DNA of 64,000 nucleotides from Longimicrobiales bacterium (GCA_965249725.1 OZ252251.1:608001-672000); one strand, 5' to 3'; positions 20,252 to 30,125 are shown, numbered from the stretch's first letter. Made by a program: numbers and translations. The notes: a model not told the origin generated them from the letters alone.

Positions 20252-21939
20252 TGGCCCGTCAGGAGGCCTTCGATGCCATCGTGGTCGGGTCCGGCATGAG
20301 CGGAGGCTGGGCCGCGAAGGAACTGACGGAGCGCGGGCTCAACACGCTCGTTCTCGAGGCGGGGCGGTCCATCGATCCTGCTACCGACTACGAGATGAAC
20401 ACACAGCCGTGGCAGATGCGGCACCGGGGCCGCCGGGATCGCTACAAGCAGGAGAGGGAGCGGCCGATCCAGCGTGAGTGCTACGCGTGTGACGCCTATA
20501 GCGAGAAGTTCTTCGTCCGCGACGACCTGAACCCGTACACGACGGGAGAAGGCAAACCGTTCTCCTGGATCCGTTCGCGGCAGGTCGGAGGACGCTCACT
20601 CGTCTGGGCGCGCCACGTCTATCGCTGGAGCGACTTGGACTTCGAAGCGAATGCGAGGGACGGCCACGGAGTCGACTGGCCGATCCGGTACGCGGACATC
20701 GAGCCTTGGTACGACTATGTGGAGCGGTTCGTCGGAGTAAGTGGCCAGGCCGAGGGACTCCCGCAGGTGCCCGACGCCCAGTTCCTTCCGCCGGTGGAAC
20801 TCAACTGTGCCGAACAGTTCGTGCGGGATGGGATGAGCCGGCGGTTCGGGCGGGACCGGGTGCTCACCGTCGGACGGTGTGCGATCCTGACCGAGAACCA
20901 CCGGGGCCGCGCCGCCTGCCACTTCTGTGGGGTCTGTGAGCGTGGCTGCACGACCCACTCGTACTTCAGCTCCCTGGCGGCCACTCTGCCGGCTGCCGCT
21001 GCGACGGGTCGAATGACGCTTCGCCCACACAGCGTGGTCCACAGCGTGATCTACGACGTGGGCACCGGACGAGCCGGAGGTGTACGTGTCATTGACGGAG
21101 AGACACACGAGACCTTCGAGTTCAAGGCGCGATTGGTGTTCCTGTGTGCCTCCGCGCTGGAGTCCACGAGGATTCTCCTCAACTCGAAGACGGAGCGCTG
21201 GCCGGACGGCTTGGCCAACTCGTCGGGGCAGCTCGGCCGCAACCTCATGGATCACACGATGGGGGGAGGAGCCGAGGGGATCATCCCCGGGCTCGCCGAC
21301 AAGTGGATGTACGGCCGCAGGCCGCACGGTATCTACCTGCCTCGGTTCGCCAACGTGACCGATCAGCACCCGGACTTCCTTCGGGGCTATGCATATCAGG
21401 GCGGAGCCTCGCGAGAGGGGTGGCAGCGGGGCAACGCCATGCAGGGCTTCGGCGCCGACTTCAAGCACGCCCTCCGGACTCCCGGGCCGTGGAAGATGAA
21501 TCTGTACGGTTTCGGGGAGTGCTTGCCTCGGGAGTCCAACTACGTCGACCTGGACCCTGATCAGGCGGACGCCTGGGGGATCCCGTCGCTCCGCATCCAC
21601 TGCCAGTGGAGCGAGAATGAACGCCGGGTGCTCCGGGAGATGTCGACGCAGGCCGCCGAGATGCTCGAAGCCGTCGGCGCGACCGAGGTCGAGGACTTCC
21701 TAGAGGACAATCCGCCCGGACTCACCATTCACGAGATGGGAACGGCCCGAATGGGCAGAGATCCCGCGACGTCCGTCTTGAATGGGTGGAATCAGAGTTG
21801 GGACGTGCCCAATCTGTTCATGACCGACGGGGCTTGCATGACTTCGAGCGCCAACCAGAATCCGAGCATCACGTATATGGCGCTCACGGCCAGGGCCGTC
21901 GATCATGCGGTCGACATGATAACGCGAGGGGAGTTGTGA
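20251..21939 (+). CDS. GMC family oxidoreductase (glycoside 3-dehydrogenase-like)
   Basis: DAIVVGSGMSGGWAAKELTE; GGRSLVW; CHFCGVCERGC Fe-S motif; IHEMGTARMG; NQNPSITYMALTARA. Confidence 0.93.
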   Translation: MARQEAFDAIVVGSGMSGGWAAKELTERGLNTLVLEAGRSIDPATDYEMNTQPWQMRHRGRRDRYKQERERPIQRECYACDAYSEKFFVRDDLNPYTTGEGKPFSWIRSRQVGGRSLVWARHVYRWSDLDFEANARDGHGVDWPIRYADIEPWYDYVERFVGVSGQAEGLPQVPDAQFLPPVELNCAEQFVRDGMSRRFGRDRVLTVGRCAILTENHRGRAACHFCGVCERGCTTHSYFSSLAATLPAAAATGRMTLRPHSVVHSVIYDVGTGRAGGVRVIDGETHETFEFKARLVFLCASALESTRILLNSKTERWPDGLANSSGQLGRNLMDHTMGGGAEGIIPGLADKWMYGRRPHGIYLPRFANVTDQHPDFLRGYAYQGGASREGWQRGNAMQGFGADFKHALRTPGPWKMNLYGFGECLPRESNYVDLDPDQADAWGIPSLRIHCQWSENERRVLREMSTQAAEMLEAVGATEVEDFLEDNPPGLTIHEMGTARMGRDPATSVLNGWNQSWDVPNLFMTDGACMTSSANQNPSITYMALTARAVDHAVDMITRGEL

Positions 21940-22787
21940 TGATGAATCGTCGAGAGGCTTTGCGGCGAATGGGCATCGTGGCCGCGGGTGCCGCCGGGGT
22001 CGGCGAGTTGGGGTGCCGGGGCTACGACCGAGTGATTGGACCCCTCGGGCCGCTGGGCCTGCAGCTCTACACGGTCCGAAGAGAGATGGCCCAGGTAGGT
22101 GTAGATGCTACCCTGGCTCGCGTGGCGGAAATCGGGTACAGCGAGGTGGAGTTCACCGGGTACTTCGATCGAAGCCCCGCGGAGATCCGGCGCGGGCTCA
22201 GCGTGGCCGGCCTGACCGCACCCGGGACGCATGTCGACATGAGTGCAGTGATCACCGATTGGCCGAATACGCTCGATACCGCGAACACGATCGGACATCG
22301 GTATGTGGTGGTACCGTCGGTGCCCCGTGAGATGAGTCTCACCCTGGACCATTGGCGCGCCGTGGCCGACATCTTCAACCGGGCGGCCGCCGAGGCCCGC
22401 GATGCGGGCCTACAGTTCGCGTACCACAATCACGCTTCCGAATTCCTGCCCATCGACGGCCAGGTTCCCTTTGACCTGCTGTGTGAGCTGACCGATCCCG
22501 ACCTGGTACAGATCGAGCTCGACCTCTTCTGGATCGTGCAGGGCGGAGGCGACCCCATAGCCGTCTTCGAGCGCTGGCCGGGGCGGGTGCCCATGGTTCA
22601 CGTGAAGGACCGCACCGATCGGGGCATCATGACCGAGGTGGGTGCCGGCGCCATCGACTGGGAGGAGATCTTCGAGGCACGGGCCCTGGCAGGCATGCGC
22701 CATTATTTCGTCGAGCACGACGAGCCTGTCGAGGGCTTCGCGTCGATATCGGCCAGCTTCCAGTACCTGAGCGGCTTGGGTACTTGA
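21939..22787 (+). CDS. Sugar phosphate isomerase/epimerase (xylose-isomerase-like TIM barrel), Tat-exported
   Basis: NRREAL; GLQLYTVR; YHNH; ELDLFW; HVKD; FVEHD. Confidence 0.9.
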   Translation: MMNRREALRRMGIVAAGAAGVGELGCRGYDRVIGPLGPLGLQLYTVRREMAQVGVDATLARVAEIGYSEVEFTGYFDRSPAEIRRGLSVAGLTAPGTHVDMSAVITDWPNTLDTANTIGHRYVVVPSVPREMSLTLDHWRAVADIFNRAAAEARDAGLQFAYHNHASEFLPIDGQVPFDLLCELTDPDLVQIELDLFWIVQGGGDPIAVFERWPGRVPMVHVKDRTDRGIMTEVGAGAIDWEEIFEARALAGMRHYFVEHDEPVEGFASISASFQYLSGLGT

Positions 22788-23647
22788 TGAAGCGACGCTC
22801 TTTCGTGGCAGGAGCGGCGGGTGCGGTGGCCGGCTTCGGTGCGGTCCGTCCGGCTGATCCGTCCGAGTGGGAAGCCCAAGGCCCGGGCCGGCTGCACCAG
22901 TCCGTGTGTAGGTGGCCGTTCGAGGACATCCCGCTCGAGGATTTTTGTCGCGAAGCCCGTGCCATGGGCCTCGAGGCCATCGACCTGCTGTTCCCCGACG
23001 AGTGGGCCGTCGCCCATTCCCACGGTCTCGCGGTGTCCATGGGGTATGCGTCCCGACGCCCTCGACTGATTGCCGACGGGTTCAACGATCGCGCGATGCA
23101 CTCGTCGGTGATCGAGGAGCTGGAGATCGCGATCCCTGAAGCGGCCGAGGCGGGAGTACGCAACTTGATCGTCATGAGCGGGAGTCGCCGGGGTCGGACT
23201 GAAATCGAGGGCATCACCGCCTGTGCCGAAGGATTGCGCCAAATCACCCCCGCGGCCGAGCGGTATGGCGTGACGTTGTGCCTCGAGATGCTCAACAGTA
23301 CGGTGGACCACGCCGACTACGACGCCGACTCTACCCGGTACGGACTTGAGGTTGTCCAGAGGGTCGGCTCACCGAACTTTCGCCTGCTCTACGACATCTA
23401 CCACATGCAGGTCATGGAAGGGAACGTCATCGCTACCTTGCGGGCTCACGGGGACGCCATCGTCCACATACACACGGCCGGCGTGCCTGGTCGCCACGAG
23501 TTGGACGAGTCCCAAGAATTGAACTACCGGGGCATCGCTCTCGCCTTGGCCGACCTAGCGTTTCCCGGCTACATAGCGCACGAATTCAATCCGACCAGGG
23601 AGCCCATCGGGGCGATACGAGACGCGGTGGAAGTGTGCCGGGTATGA
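22787..23647 (+). CDS. Hydroxypyruvate isomerase-family TIM barrel protein, Tat-exported
   Basis: KRRSFV; QSVCRW; EMLNSTVDHADY; LLYDIYHMQVMEG; HTAGVPGRHE. Confidence 0.9.
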   Translation: MKRRSFVAGAAGAVAGFGAVRPADPSEWEAQGPGRLHQSVCRWPFEDIPLEDFCREARAMGLEAIDLLFPDEWAVAHSHGLAVSMGYASRRPRLIADGFNDRAMHSSVIEELEIAIPEAAEAGVRNLIVMSGSRRGRTEIEGITACAEGLRQITPAAERYGVTLCLEMLNSTVDHADYDADSTRYGLEVVQRVGSPNFRLLYDIYHMQVMEGNVIATLRAHGDAIVHIHTAGVPGRHELDESQELNYRGIALALADLAFPGYIAHEFNPTREPIGAIRDAVEVCRV

Positions 23648-23723
23648 GCGGTGGAAGTGTGCCGGGTATGAGCGGTGGAAGTGTGCCGGGTATGAGCGGT
23701 GGACGTGTGCCGGGTATGAGCGG
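23624..23723 (+). repeat. 24-bp tandem repeat, 4 copies plus partial (GCGGTGGAAGTGTGCCGGGTATGA)
   Basis: Units 23624-23647, 23648-23671, 23672-23695, 23696-23719 (one A>C change); no spacers. Confidence 0.95.
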
Positions 23724-25230
23724 GGACGTGACCGGGGATGGCGCCACGTCGCCCCAGGGGACCGGCCTAGCACGGGAGCTGGGCCTGCTAGGGCTCGCCG
23801 CGACGGGCATCTGCTCCATGCTGGGGGCCGCCATCAACGTGGTCCCCATCATGATTCAGCGGAACGTACCGGGCATCGGCCCTTATGTGCTCCATGCCTA
23901 TATCTACGGGGCGATTCCTGCGATCCTGGCCGCCTTGGCCTACGCGGTCCTGTCCTCTGCCATGCCCCGAGCCGGCGGCAGCTACGTCTACGGAAGCCGC
24001 GGTCTGAGCCCCTACCTCGGCTTCGTCGCCAGCTTCTCGCAGTGGTTCGGTCTCAGCATCGCGATCGGTGTCGTGTCATACGTAATGATCCCCTTCCTGA
24101 GGGACATCGCGTCGGCTGTCGGCTGGCATCCCCTCGCCGAGAGTCTCGACGTGGGTGTGGTTCGTGTGACCTTGGCGCTCGCCTTCCTCTGGACGTTCGT
24201 GGGGGTCAACCTGCGGGGCGTGCGGCTGTATGAGAGGACCTTGGTTCCGTTGATGTTCGTGATGTTCGTGTTGGGAGCCGTCGTCATCGTCGCGGGCTTC
24301 TCGTTCGATCACCAGGACTTCGCCGCGGCGATCCAGTTGAGAGAAGGGCGGACCATTCCCGATGCGGTCGCTCCTCCTTTCAAGATCAGCACGTATCTGA
24401 CCGCGTCGGCTCTCCTCTTCTCGAGCTTCATCGGGTTCGACTCGATCGCACAGGCAGGCGGCGAGGCGAAGAACCCGGCTCGCGCCCTTCCTCTGGCCAT
24501 CGGGATCGCCGTTGTCACGGTAGGCAGCTTCTACATGCTGTTCACTGCGGCGGTCTACCACGCGGTACCCTGGAGCTACGTGGCCGAGCAGGCCCAGGTC
24601 CAGGATCTCACCGCGCCCGGCTTGCTGGGGTACCTTCTGCCGCCCGCCTGGACGGTGGCGATCGTGGCCGGAGCGGCCGTTGCGTTGATGAACGACCTGC
24701 CGGCGATGCTACTCGCGGTGTCGAGGTTGATGTTCGCGTGGGCCGAGGACGGGATCTTCCCTCGCAGTGTGGCGAAGGTGCATCCGGAGTGGCACACGCC
24801 GCATGTGGCCATCCTCCTCAGTGGTCTCATGGCGTCGGTTGGCATCCTCGGAAGTCACATGGCCGGTGATTTCTTCTTGGGCATCGACATCCTCGTCACG
24901 TCGATGTTGGTCAACTTCCTCGTCATGTGCCTGGCCGTACTCGCGCTGCCGCGACGTAACCCCGATATCGCACGCGACGTGAGCGTCCTGCCTTCTCGCC
25001 CGCTACAGGTTGGCGTCGCGACACTGGGAATCGTGATGCTCTCGATCTTTCTCGTGGTCCATGTCTGGAAGGACTTGAGCACGACCGTGGATGCCTGGTA
25101 TTTCCACTCGACCCCGGTGTGGTTGGGCGTAATGGCGGTCGCCACGGTCATCTATCTGAAGGAGCTTCGCAACCTCCGGTCACAAGGCGTCGACGTCGAT
25201 GAGCTCTTCTCGACGCTCCCGCCGGAATAG
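23644..25230 (+). CDS. APC-family amino acid/polyamine permease
   Basis: LARELGLLGL; SAMPRAGGSYVY; SSFIGFD; GEAKNPAR; SRLMFAWAEDGIFP; HTPHVA. Start could be any ATG in the repeat. Confidence 0.9.
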   Translation: MSGGSVPGMSGGSVPGMSGGRVPGMSGDVTGDGATSPQGTGLARELGLLGLAATGICSMLGAAINVVPIMIQRNVPGIGPYVLHAYIYGAIPAILAALAYAVLSSAMPRAGGSYVYGSRGLSPYLGFVASFSQWFGLSIAIGVVSYVMIPFLRDIASAVGWHPLAESLDVGVVRVTLALAFLWTFVGVNLRGVRLYERTLVPLMFVMFVLGAVVIVAGFSFDHQDFAAAIQLREGRTIPDAVAPPFKISTYLTASALLFSSFIGFDSIAQAGGEAKNPARALPLAIGIAVVTVGSFYMLFTAAVYHAVPWSYVAEQAQVQDLTAPGLLGYLLPPAWTVAIVAGAAVALMNDLPAMLLAVSRLMFAWAEDGIFPRSVAKVHPEWHTPHVAILLSGLMASVGILGSHMAGDFFLGIDILVTSMLVNFLVMCLAVLALPRRNPDIARDVSVLPSRPLQVGVATLGIVMLSIFLVVHVWKDLSTTVDAWYFHSTPVWLGVMAVATVIYLKELRNLRSQGVDVDELFSTLPPE

Positions 25231-25239
25231 GTCCGGCCC

Positions 25240-26733
25240 ATGACCGATCCAATGGAGCGCGAAACGCAGCCGAGGCGAGATGGGCGCGTCGAGCGAGTCG
25301 AACTCGCCCCCGGCTTCAGTATTTCGCGGGTGCTTACCGGCCTATGGCAGGTCGCCGACATGGAGCGGGAGGGAAGCGAGCTGGACCCCGACTCCGCGTC
25401 CGAGGCCATGAGACCGTACGTCGAGGCGGGATTCACCACGTACGACATGGCCGACCACTACGGCTCGTCCGAGGTGATCGCCGGTCGATTCCGGAAGCAT
25501 CAGGGAGGCGACCCGCCGGTCGAGCTACTGACGAAGTGGGTGCCCAAGCCGGGGCGCTTATCGCGCGACGACGTGAGGGATGCGGTTCAGCTATCGCTCG
25601 ACCGAATGGAGGCCGAGCGCATCGACCTCCTCCAGTTCCATGCCTGGAGCTATGCGGACGCCGGATGGTTGGACTGCCTCTTCTGGCTGCAGGAGCTGAA
25701 GGACGAGGGGCTGATCGGCCATTTGGGGCTGACCAATGTGGACTCGGCGCACCTGAGCATTGCGGTGCACAGTGGCATCGAGGTGGTCTCGAATCAGGTG
25801 TGCTACTCCCTCATCGACCAGAGGGCGCGAGGGAGTATGACCGATCTTTGCGTGGAACACGGGGTCAAGCTCTTGGCGTTCGGCACGGTGGCAGGTGGCC
25901 TGCTCACCGAGCGATGGTTGGGGGCTCCCAAGCCCGACGTGGATGCGCTGGAGACCTGGTCGCAGATGAAGTACTGGCGGTTCGTCGATGCAGCCGGGGG
26001 TTGGGACGCCTTTCAGGGGCTCCTGGCCGCAGTGCGTGGTGTGGCCGACAAACACGGAGTCTCGATGGCGAACGTGGCCTGTCGTCACATTCTGGAGCAG
26101 CCGGCGGTGGGCGGTGTGATCATCGGCGCTCGGCTCGGCGAGAGTGACCATATCGAGGACAATCTCAGGCTGTTCGACTTCTCGCTCGACGAAGAGGACT
26201 CGTCGGAGATCCGGGCGGCGATGTCCGATCTCGGGCTCGTCCCTGGCGACTGCGGCGACGAGTACCGGAAGCCTCCCTTCCTGACGGCTTCTGGTGACCT
26301 GAGCCATCACTTCGACTCGTTCCCTCCTCCCTACGTCGCCGAAGAGCGACCGGATGGCCGTAGTCTGGTGCTCACGGGCACGATGTGGGAGGACCTGGCA
26401 GGGTTCAGTCGGGCGGTTCGCAAGGGGTCGCACATATGGGTGTCCGGCACCACCGCCACTCACGGGGCCCGAGCCATCGGCGGATCGGATCCCGCTGCTC
26501 AGACGCACTTCGTCATCGACAAGATCGAGGGGGCGATCCAATCGTTGGGAGGGCGTCTCGAGGACGTGGTCCGGACCCGTATCTACGTACCCGACGTCGG
26601 CGATTGGGACCCGATCTCGCGTGCTCACGGAGAGCGGTTTCGCTCGATCCTCCCCGCCAACACATTGATTCATGCAGGGTTGGTGGGGGAGCGGTATCTC
26701 GTTGAGATCGAAGCTGAGGCAGTGGTGTCATGA
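25240..26733 (+). CDS. Aldo/keto reductase fused to C-terminal RidA/YjgF-family domain
   Basis: GLWQ, DMADHYG, TKW, DLLQFHAW (AKR); then GFSRAVRKG, VSGTTA, DVVRTRIYV, LVEIEAEA (Rid). Confidence 0.88.
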   Translation: MTDPMERETQPRRDGRVERVELAPGFSISRVLTGLWQVADMEREGSELDPDSASEAMRPYVEAGFTTYDMADHYGSSEVIAGRFRKHQGGDPPVELLTKWVPKPGRLSRDDVRDAVQLSLDRMEAERIDLLQFHAWSYADAGWLDCLFWLQELKDEGLIGHLGLTNVDSAHLSIAVHSGIEVVSNQVCYSLIDQRARGSMTDLCVEHGVKLLAFGTVAGGLLTERWLGAPKPDVDALETWSQMKYWRFVDAAGGWDAFQGLLAAVRGVADKHGVSMANVACRHILEQPAVGGVIIGARLGESDHIEDNLRLFDFSLDEEDSSEIRAAMSDLGLVPGDCGDEYRKPPFLTASGDLSHHFDSFPPPYVAEERPDGRSLVLTGTMWEDLAGFSRAVRKGSHIWVSGTTATHGARAIGGSDPAAQTHFVIDKIEGAIQSLGGRLEDVVRTRIYVPDVGDWDPISRAHGERFRSILPANTLIHAGLVGERYLVEIEAEAVVS

Positions 26734-27263
26734 TTACGATAGCAGACGACAACCCGGCGTGGGCGACGTGGTTCGAAGAGGTCGAGGCGTGCCTCTTGGC
26801 GGAGTTGCCCGCCGAGAGTGGGATCGTGAGGGTCGAGCATATAGGCAGCACAGCCGTGCCCGGACTCGCGGCTAAGCCGATCATCGACATTCATGTCGTG
26901 ATCGGTGACCACTCCCAGTTGGGCAGCATTATTCGCTCGCTCGCTCACCTGGGGTACATCTACGAAGGAGACCGGGGAGCCATGGGCCAAGAGGCCTTCC
27001 GGCGGAGGGGGCCCGACGTCCCGCTTCGGGATCCCAAAAGGGACTGGGCGCCCCATCACCTGTATGTCTCGGTCGAGGGGAGCCGGGAGCTGGATCGACA
27101 CCTCGCTCTACGCGACCACATGCGCGAGGAGGAGGCCGATCGAGAGGCCTATGCCACGCTCAAGCGTGATCTCGCGGGCCGTGAGGACATGGACCTGGAG
27201 GCGTACACGGCGGGCAAGTCGGAATTCATCGAGGGGATCTTGGGAAAGGAAGGGCGGTGGTAG
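26730..27263 (+). CDS. GrpB family (UPF0157) nucleotidyltransferase-fold protein
   Basis: VEHIGSTAVPGLAAKPIIDI; HHLYV; RDHMR; YATLK; YTAGKSEFI. Confidence 0.9.
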   Translation: MITIADDNPAWATWFEEVEACLLAELPAESGIVRVEHIGSTAVPGLAAKPIIDIHVVIGDHSQLGSIIRSLAHLGYIYEGDRGAMGQEAFRRRGPDVPLRDPKRDWAPHHLYVSVEGSRELDRHLALRDHMREEEADREAYATLKRDLAGREDMDLEAYTAGKSEFIEGILGKEGRW

Positions 27264-28492
27264 GGGCGGGCGTCGCCTCTGTAGATGAGATCCGCGCTCA
27301 CTTCCCGGCGCTGGAGAGGATCGAAGGGGGGCATGCCGTGGCGTACTTCGACGGCCCGGGTGGGACACAGGTTCCCAGAGCGGTGGCCGAGGCGTCGACG
27401 GACTACCTCTATCGGCACAATGCGAACACGCACTGGAACTACCCGAGCAGCTTGGAGACGGACGAATCCCTCGCTGCCGCCAGGGGCGCGCTAGCAGACC
27501 TGATCGGGGCCGGGTCGAACGAGATGGTGTTCGGCGCGAACATGACGACGCTGACCTTCCACGTGAGCCGGGCCCTGGGGACGGCGTGGGCCCCGGGGGA
27601 CGAGATCGTGGTCACGGAGCTCGACCATCAAGCCAATCAGGCACCCTGGCGGGCCCTGGCGTCGGAGCGAGGGCTGACCGTGCGGACCGTGCCGATGGAC
27701 CTCGACGACGGCACGCTGGATTGGGGGACGTTCGAAGAGATCGTCGGTCCTCAGACACGCCTGCTGGCCGTGGGCGCCGCATCGAACGCCCTAGGCACGA
27801 TCAATGACCTCACGAGGGCCGCCGAGCTGGCGCGCTCGGTGGGTGCGTATCTGTTCGTGGACGCGGTGCACTTCGCCCCACACGAGGTGATGGACGCTCG
27901 GGCGCTCGGCTGTGACTTCCTGGGCTGTTCGGCCTACAAGTTCTACGGGCCTCACGTGGGTGTGATGTACATCCGTGAGGAGCTGGGTGACTCTCTGGTG
28001 CCACCCCGGCTGCCGTGTTCGGGCAGTGAGATGCCCGAACGGTATGAGACCGGCACGTTGAATCACGAGGGTCTGGTCGGGGCGGGGGCGGCAGTGGAGT
28101 TCTTGGCGGATCTGGCCACTGCGGGGGGAAGTCGCCGTGAACGTCTGGAGACGGTCCTGGGAGCGCTCCACCTCAGGGGGCAGGAACTCTTGGAACGGCT
28201 GTGGTCTGGACTCGACGAGCTGCCCGGAGTGCGCCTCTACGGCCCCGCACCAGGGCGTCCTCGTACCCCCACGGTCGCCTTCACGGTGGACGGCGTGTCC
28301 TCTGGTGACGTCGCCGCACGGCTGTCCGACCGGTTCGGTGTCTTCGTCTCACACGGTGACTTCTACGCGTCCGGGGTCACGGAGGCGTTCGGTCTGACGG
28401 ATCAGGGGTTGATACGGGCGGGGTGTGCGTGCTACACGACCGAGGACGAAGTCGATCGACTACTGGAGGGCGTAACGGCCCTGGCGGGATAG
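27257..28492 (+). CDS. Cysteine desulfurase-like PLP enzyme (class V aminotransferase)
   Basis: YFDGPGGTQVP; FGANMTTL; DHQAN; VDAVHFAPH; CSAYKFYGPH; ETGT. Confidence 0.9.
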   Translation: MVGAGVASVDEIRAHFPALERIEGGHAVAYFDGPGGTQVPRAVAEASTDYLYRHNANTHWNYPSSLETDESLAAARGALADLIGAGSNEMVFGANMTTLTFHVSRALGTAWAPGDEIVVTELDHQANQAPWRALASERGLTVRTVPMDLDDGTLDWGTFEEIVGPQTRLLAVGAASNALGTINDLTRAAELARSVGAYLFVDAVHFAPHEVMDARALGCDFLGCSAYKFYGPHVGVMYIREELGDSLVPPRLPCSGSEMPERYETGTLNHEGLVGAGAAVEFLADLATAGGSRRERLETVLGALHLRGQELLERLWSGLDELPGVRLYGPAPGRPRTPTVAFTVDGVSSGDVAARLSDRFGVFVSHGDFYASGVTEAFGLTDQGLIRAGCACYTTEDEVDRLLEGVTALAG

Positions 28493-28550
28493 TCTCCCAC
28501 CAGGGCCGTCACCGGTAGCGGTCTTCCCCCCGACCTACTACGGCAGTTCC

Positions 28551-29246
28551 CTACAGAATTTCGTGGAGTTCAACCTCGAAGATCAGCGTCGAGTTGGGCC
28601 CGATGATGCTTCCGGCGGCTTGCATTCCGTACGCGATACTGGCGGGGATGAAAAAGCGGTAGTGGCTTCCCACCGGCATGAGCTGAAGCCCCTCGCCGAA
28701 GCCCGGGATGACCCCGTTCACACCGAATTCCGTGGGCTCGCCACGCTCGTACGAGCTGTCGAACTCGGTACCGTCGAGCAGCGTGCCACGGTAGTCGACT
28801 TTTAGGCGCGACTCTGCGGTGGGCGTGGGTCCGTCGCCCTGGGTCAGGATCTCATACTGGAGACCGCTGTCGGTCACCATGATCCCATCCTTCGTGGCGT
28901 TCTCGGCGAGGAAAGCATCCCCTTCGGCCGCGTTCTTGTCCATGGCTTCCTGCTGAGCCGCCATAGCGGCCTCCTGGACCTGTTGGCCCACCCGCTGCCT
29001 AACGGCTGCGAGCGTATCCACGTTGATGGCCATCTCATTCCCGGCCATCGCATCCTCGATGCCACGCATGACCGCTGGGAGGTCGAAGAACTTCTTGTTC
29101 GGCTCGAACTGCGTGCCGATCTCCGTTCCGATCGAGTAGCTCGCCTTCTGAATGTCGGTGTCCAGAGAGGCCGTGCCACCGCCGGCCTGACACGCGGCAG
29201 TGAAAATCGAGGCGAAAGCCGCCACCTGCTGTAACCGAAAACGCAT
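28551..29246 (-). CDS. FKBP-type peptidyl-prolyl cis-trans isomerase (FkpA/Mip-like lipoprotein)
   Basis: ASYSIG; SGLQY; YRGTLLDGTEFDSSY; VIPGFGEGLQLM; FIPASIAYG; NSTLIFEVEL. Confidence 0.93.
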   Translation of the reverse strand: MRFRLQQVAAFASIFTAACQAGGGTASLDTDIQKASYSIGTEIGTQFEPNKKFFDLPAVMRGIEDAMAGNEMAINVDTLAAVRQRVGQQVQEAAMAAQQEAMDKNAAEGDAFLAENATKDGIMVTDSGLQYEILTQGDGPTPTAESRLKVDYRGTLLDGTEFDSSYERGEPTEFGVNGVIPGFGEGLQLMPVGSHYRFFIPASIAYGMQAAGSIIGPNSTLIFEVELHEIL

Positions 29247-29403
29247 GTGCCATCCTTTTTGAGGGAGTACGAATCTATCGCAGATGCCGCAGAGGGCCAA
29301 CGGTTCAGGGCTGAATAGAGACTGACGGGCTCGACCCGTAGCCGAGGGTGCTCGCCCGTCGCTGCGGTGAGAGCGAAGTAGGAGGGTCCTTCGCCCTTGC
29401 GAG

Positions 29404-29703
29404 CTAGCCCTCGGGGCCCGAGCTCGCTCCTGCTTTTCGGAGGTAACGATCGGCCAACTGCACTCGACGATCGTCACCCTGTTCGAGGGCTTCTGCATGG
29501 ATCGCTCGGATGTGGGAAACGAGGGCAGGCTCTCCCCACCGGTATCCCGTTGCGAGTTCGGCGCTCTTCGAGTTGCCTTGATTGGCCCCTTCGATCAAGG
29601 CCCGAGCCGCCGCCTCGTTGAAGTGAGGCGAGTCGGGATCGGGTAGTTCATAGCGGGGCTCCGGCTCCGGATTCGCATCTTCTTTGACAAACGCTCTCGA
29701 CAT
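29404..29703 (-). CDS. Hypothetical protein with MSRAFVKED N-terminus
   Basis: 99-aa ORF directly downstream of the thioesterase on the same strand. Confidence 0.65.
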   Translation of the reverse strand: MSRAFVKEDANPEPEPRYELPDPDSPHFNEAAARALIEGANQGNSKSAELATGYRWGEPALVSHIRAIHAEALEQGDDRRVQLADRYLRKAGASSGPEG

Positions 29704-29708
29704 GGTCT

Positions 29709-30125
29709 CTACCGGTGGAACGGTTCCTGGAGCGCGGCGTCCAGCCGCCGGGGCCGCATCGAGCGGGCGTTGAGCGGGCAGTAGACGCTCCTGGCGCGCG
29801 CGAGGACCTGGCCGTCTGCTTTTCGGACGATCTCAGTGTGTCGACCCCAAGTCGTGGGCGTGGCTTCGCCGACCCAGGTACGTGCGATGATCTCGTCACC
29901 GAGATGGGCCGGTCGCTCGTAGTCGATCTCGTGGCGGACGACCACCCAGACCGTGTCGGCGATCTGCTCGGGGCTCGCGACCCGCATCCAGTGGTCCGTG
30001 GCTACGTCCTGGATCCAGGAGAGGTAGACCACGTTGTTCACGTGCCCGAGCCCGTCGATGTCCTCCTCGCGAACGTGGAGGGCCAACTCGTGCGTGCGCG
30101 ACGGCGGTGCGGATCCGTCAGACAT
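29709..30125 (-). CDS. Acyl-CoA thioesterase (4HBT/YbgC hotdog family)
   Basis: DIDGLGHVNNVVYLSW; VVVRHEIDY. Confidence 0.9.
   Translation of the reverse strand: MSDGSAPPSRTHELALHVREEDIDGLGHVNNVVYLSWIQDVATDHWMRVASPEQIADTVWVVVRHEIDYERPAHLGDEIIARTWVGEATPTTWGRHTEIVRKADGQVLARARSVYCPLNARSMRPRRLDAALQEPFHR

Noticed and set aside
23624..23723. Possible CRISPR array
   Set aside because: Repeats are head-to-tail with no spacers and there are no cas genes in the window.
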